A stretch of DNA of 8,555 bases from Selaginella moellendorffii. Lineage: Eukaryota > Plantae > Lycopodiophyta. Positions 8,338-8,555 of the stretch are shown here, one piece after another. Where the stretch lies: NCBI RefSeq assembly GCF_000143415.4, contig NW_003314325.1, positions 1,135,317 to 1,143,871 of the forward strand, written 5' to 3'. A program made the position numbers and the translations under genes. Under the pieces are notes generated by a model, which saw only the letters and a program-made list of their open reading frames with translations, was not told where the DNA came from and did no database searches. Positions within the stretch are counted from its first letter, which is position 1. Each line of letters starts with the position of its first letter.

Positions 8338-8460
8338 AGAGGAAGGTCCAAATCATCTTGCTGCAACACATGAAAGGCTTGCCTAAAACCATTTATGCAC
8401 TTACATATCAAAATTGGCAAAGGCTATCTTGGGATGTATTGATTAGAATCATTGATGCAG
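8338..8460 (+). CDS. Probable internal coding exon (123 nt, phase 1-1) of an unidentified host gene
   Basis: Plant-type acceptor TTTTTTATGCAG ending at 8337 with a branch-like CTTAAT at 8302-8307, and donor CAG/GTAGGC at 8461. Length is a multiple of 3 and exactly one frame is open: xRKVQIILLQHMKGLPKTIYALTYQNWQRLSWDVLIRIIDAx. T-rich intron-like sequence follows. Protein not recognised. Confidence 0.65.
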
Positions 8461-8555
8461 GTAGGCTAGAACTTGATAGTGTAATATTAATAATTTGCTG
8501 CACATTGCTTCTTACTCCTATTTCCATTTTCTCTCTATCTCCTAGTTTTTATATC

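Noticed and set aside
7182-8420. Minus-strand ORFs 7182..7370 and 8205..8420
   Set aside because: Short, and antisense to LINE B and to the better-supported + strand exon respectively. No recognisable homology.

Overview
Eukaryotic, plant-like, AT-rich genomic DNA with a 174-nt assembly gap (1661-1834). Most of the window is two old, heavily decayed L1-clade LINE retrotransposon copies pointing away from each other, identified by hand-translating degenerate motifs that occur in the expected order; no database search was run. LINE A (about 360-5350, minus strand) retains ORF1 remnants (DUF4283-like motifs and a decayed zinc knuckle), RT motifs, a zf-RVT region and apparently two RNase H-like domains, while the endonuclease seems deleted. 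A compound 23-bp/6-bp tandem array sits between its ORF1 and ORF2 remnants. LINE B (about 6610-8067, plus strand) is 5'-truncated, lacks RNase H and ends in a short A-tail. Near the right end is a probable intact 123-nt internal exon (8338-8460, +) of an unidentified host gene, so both LINEs may lie in a large intron. None of the supplied ORFs looks like a real intact gene. I see no convincing evidence for a wholly new biological system. The best leads are the dual RNase H architecture, the higher-order repeat array, the unidentified exon and the hairpin cluster just upstream of it.
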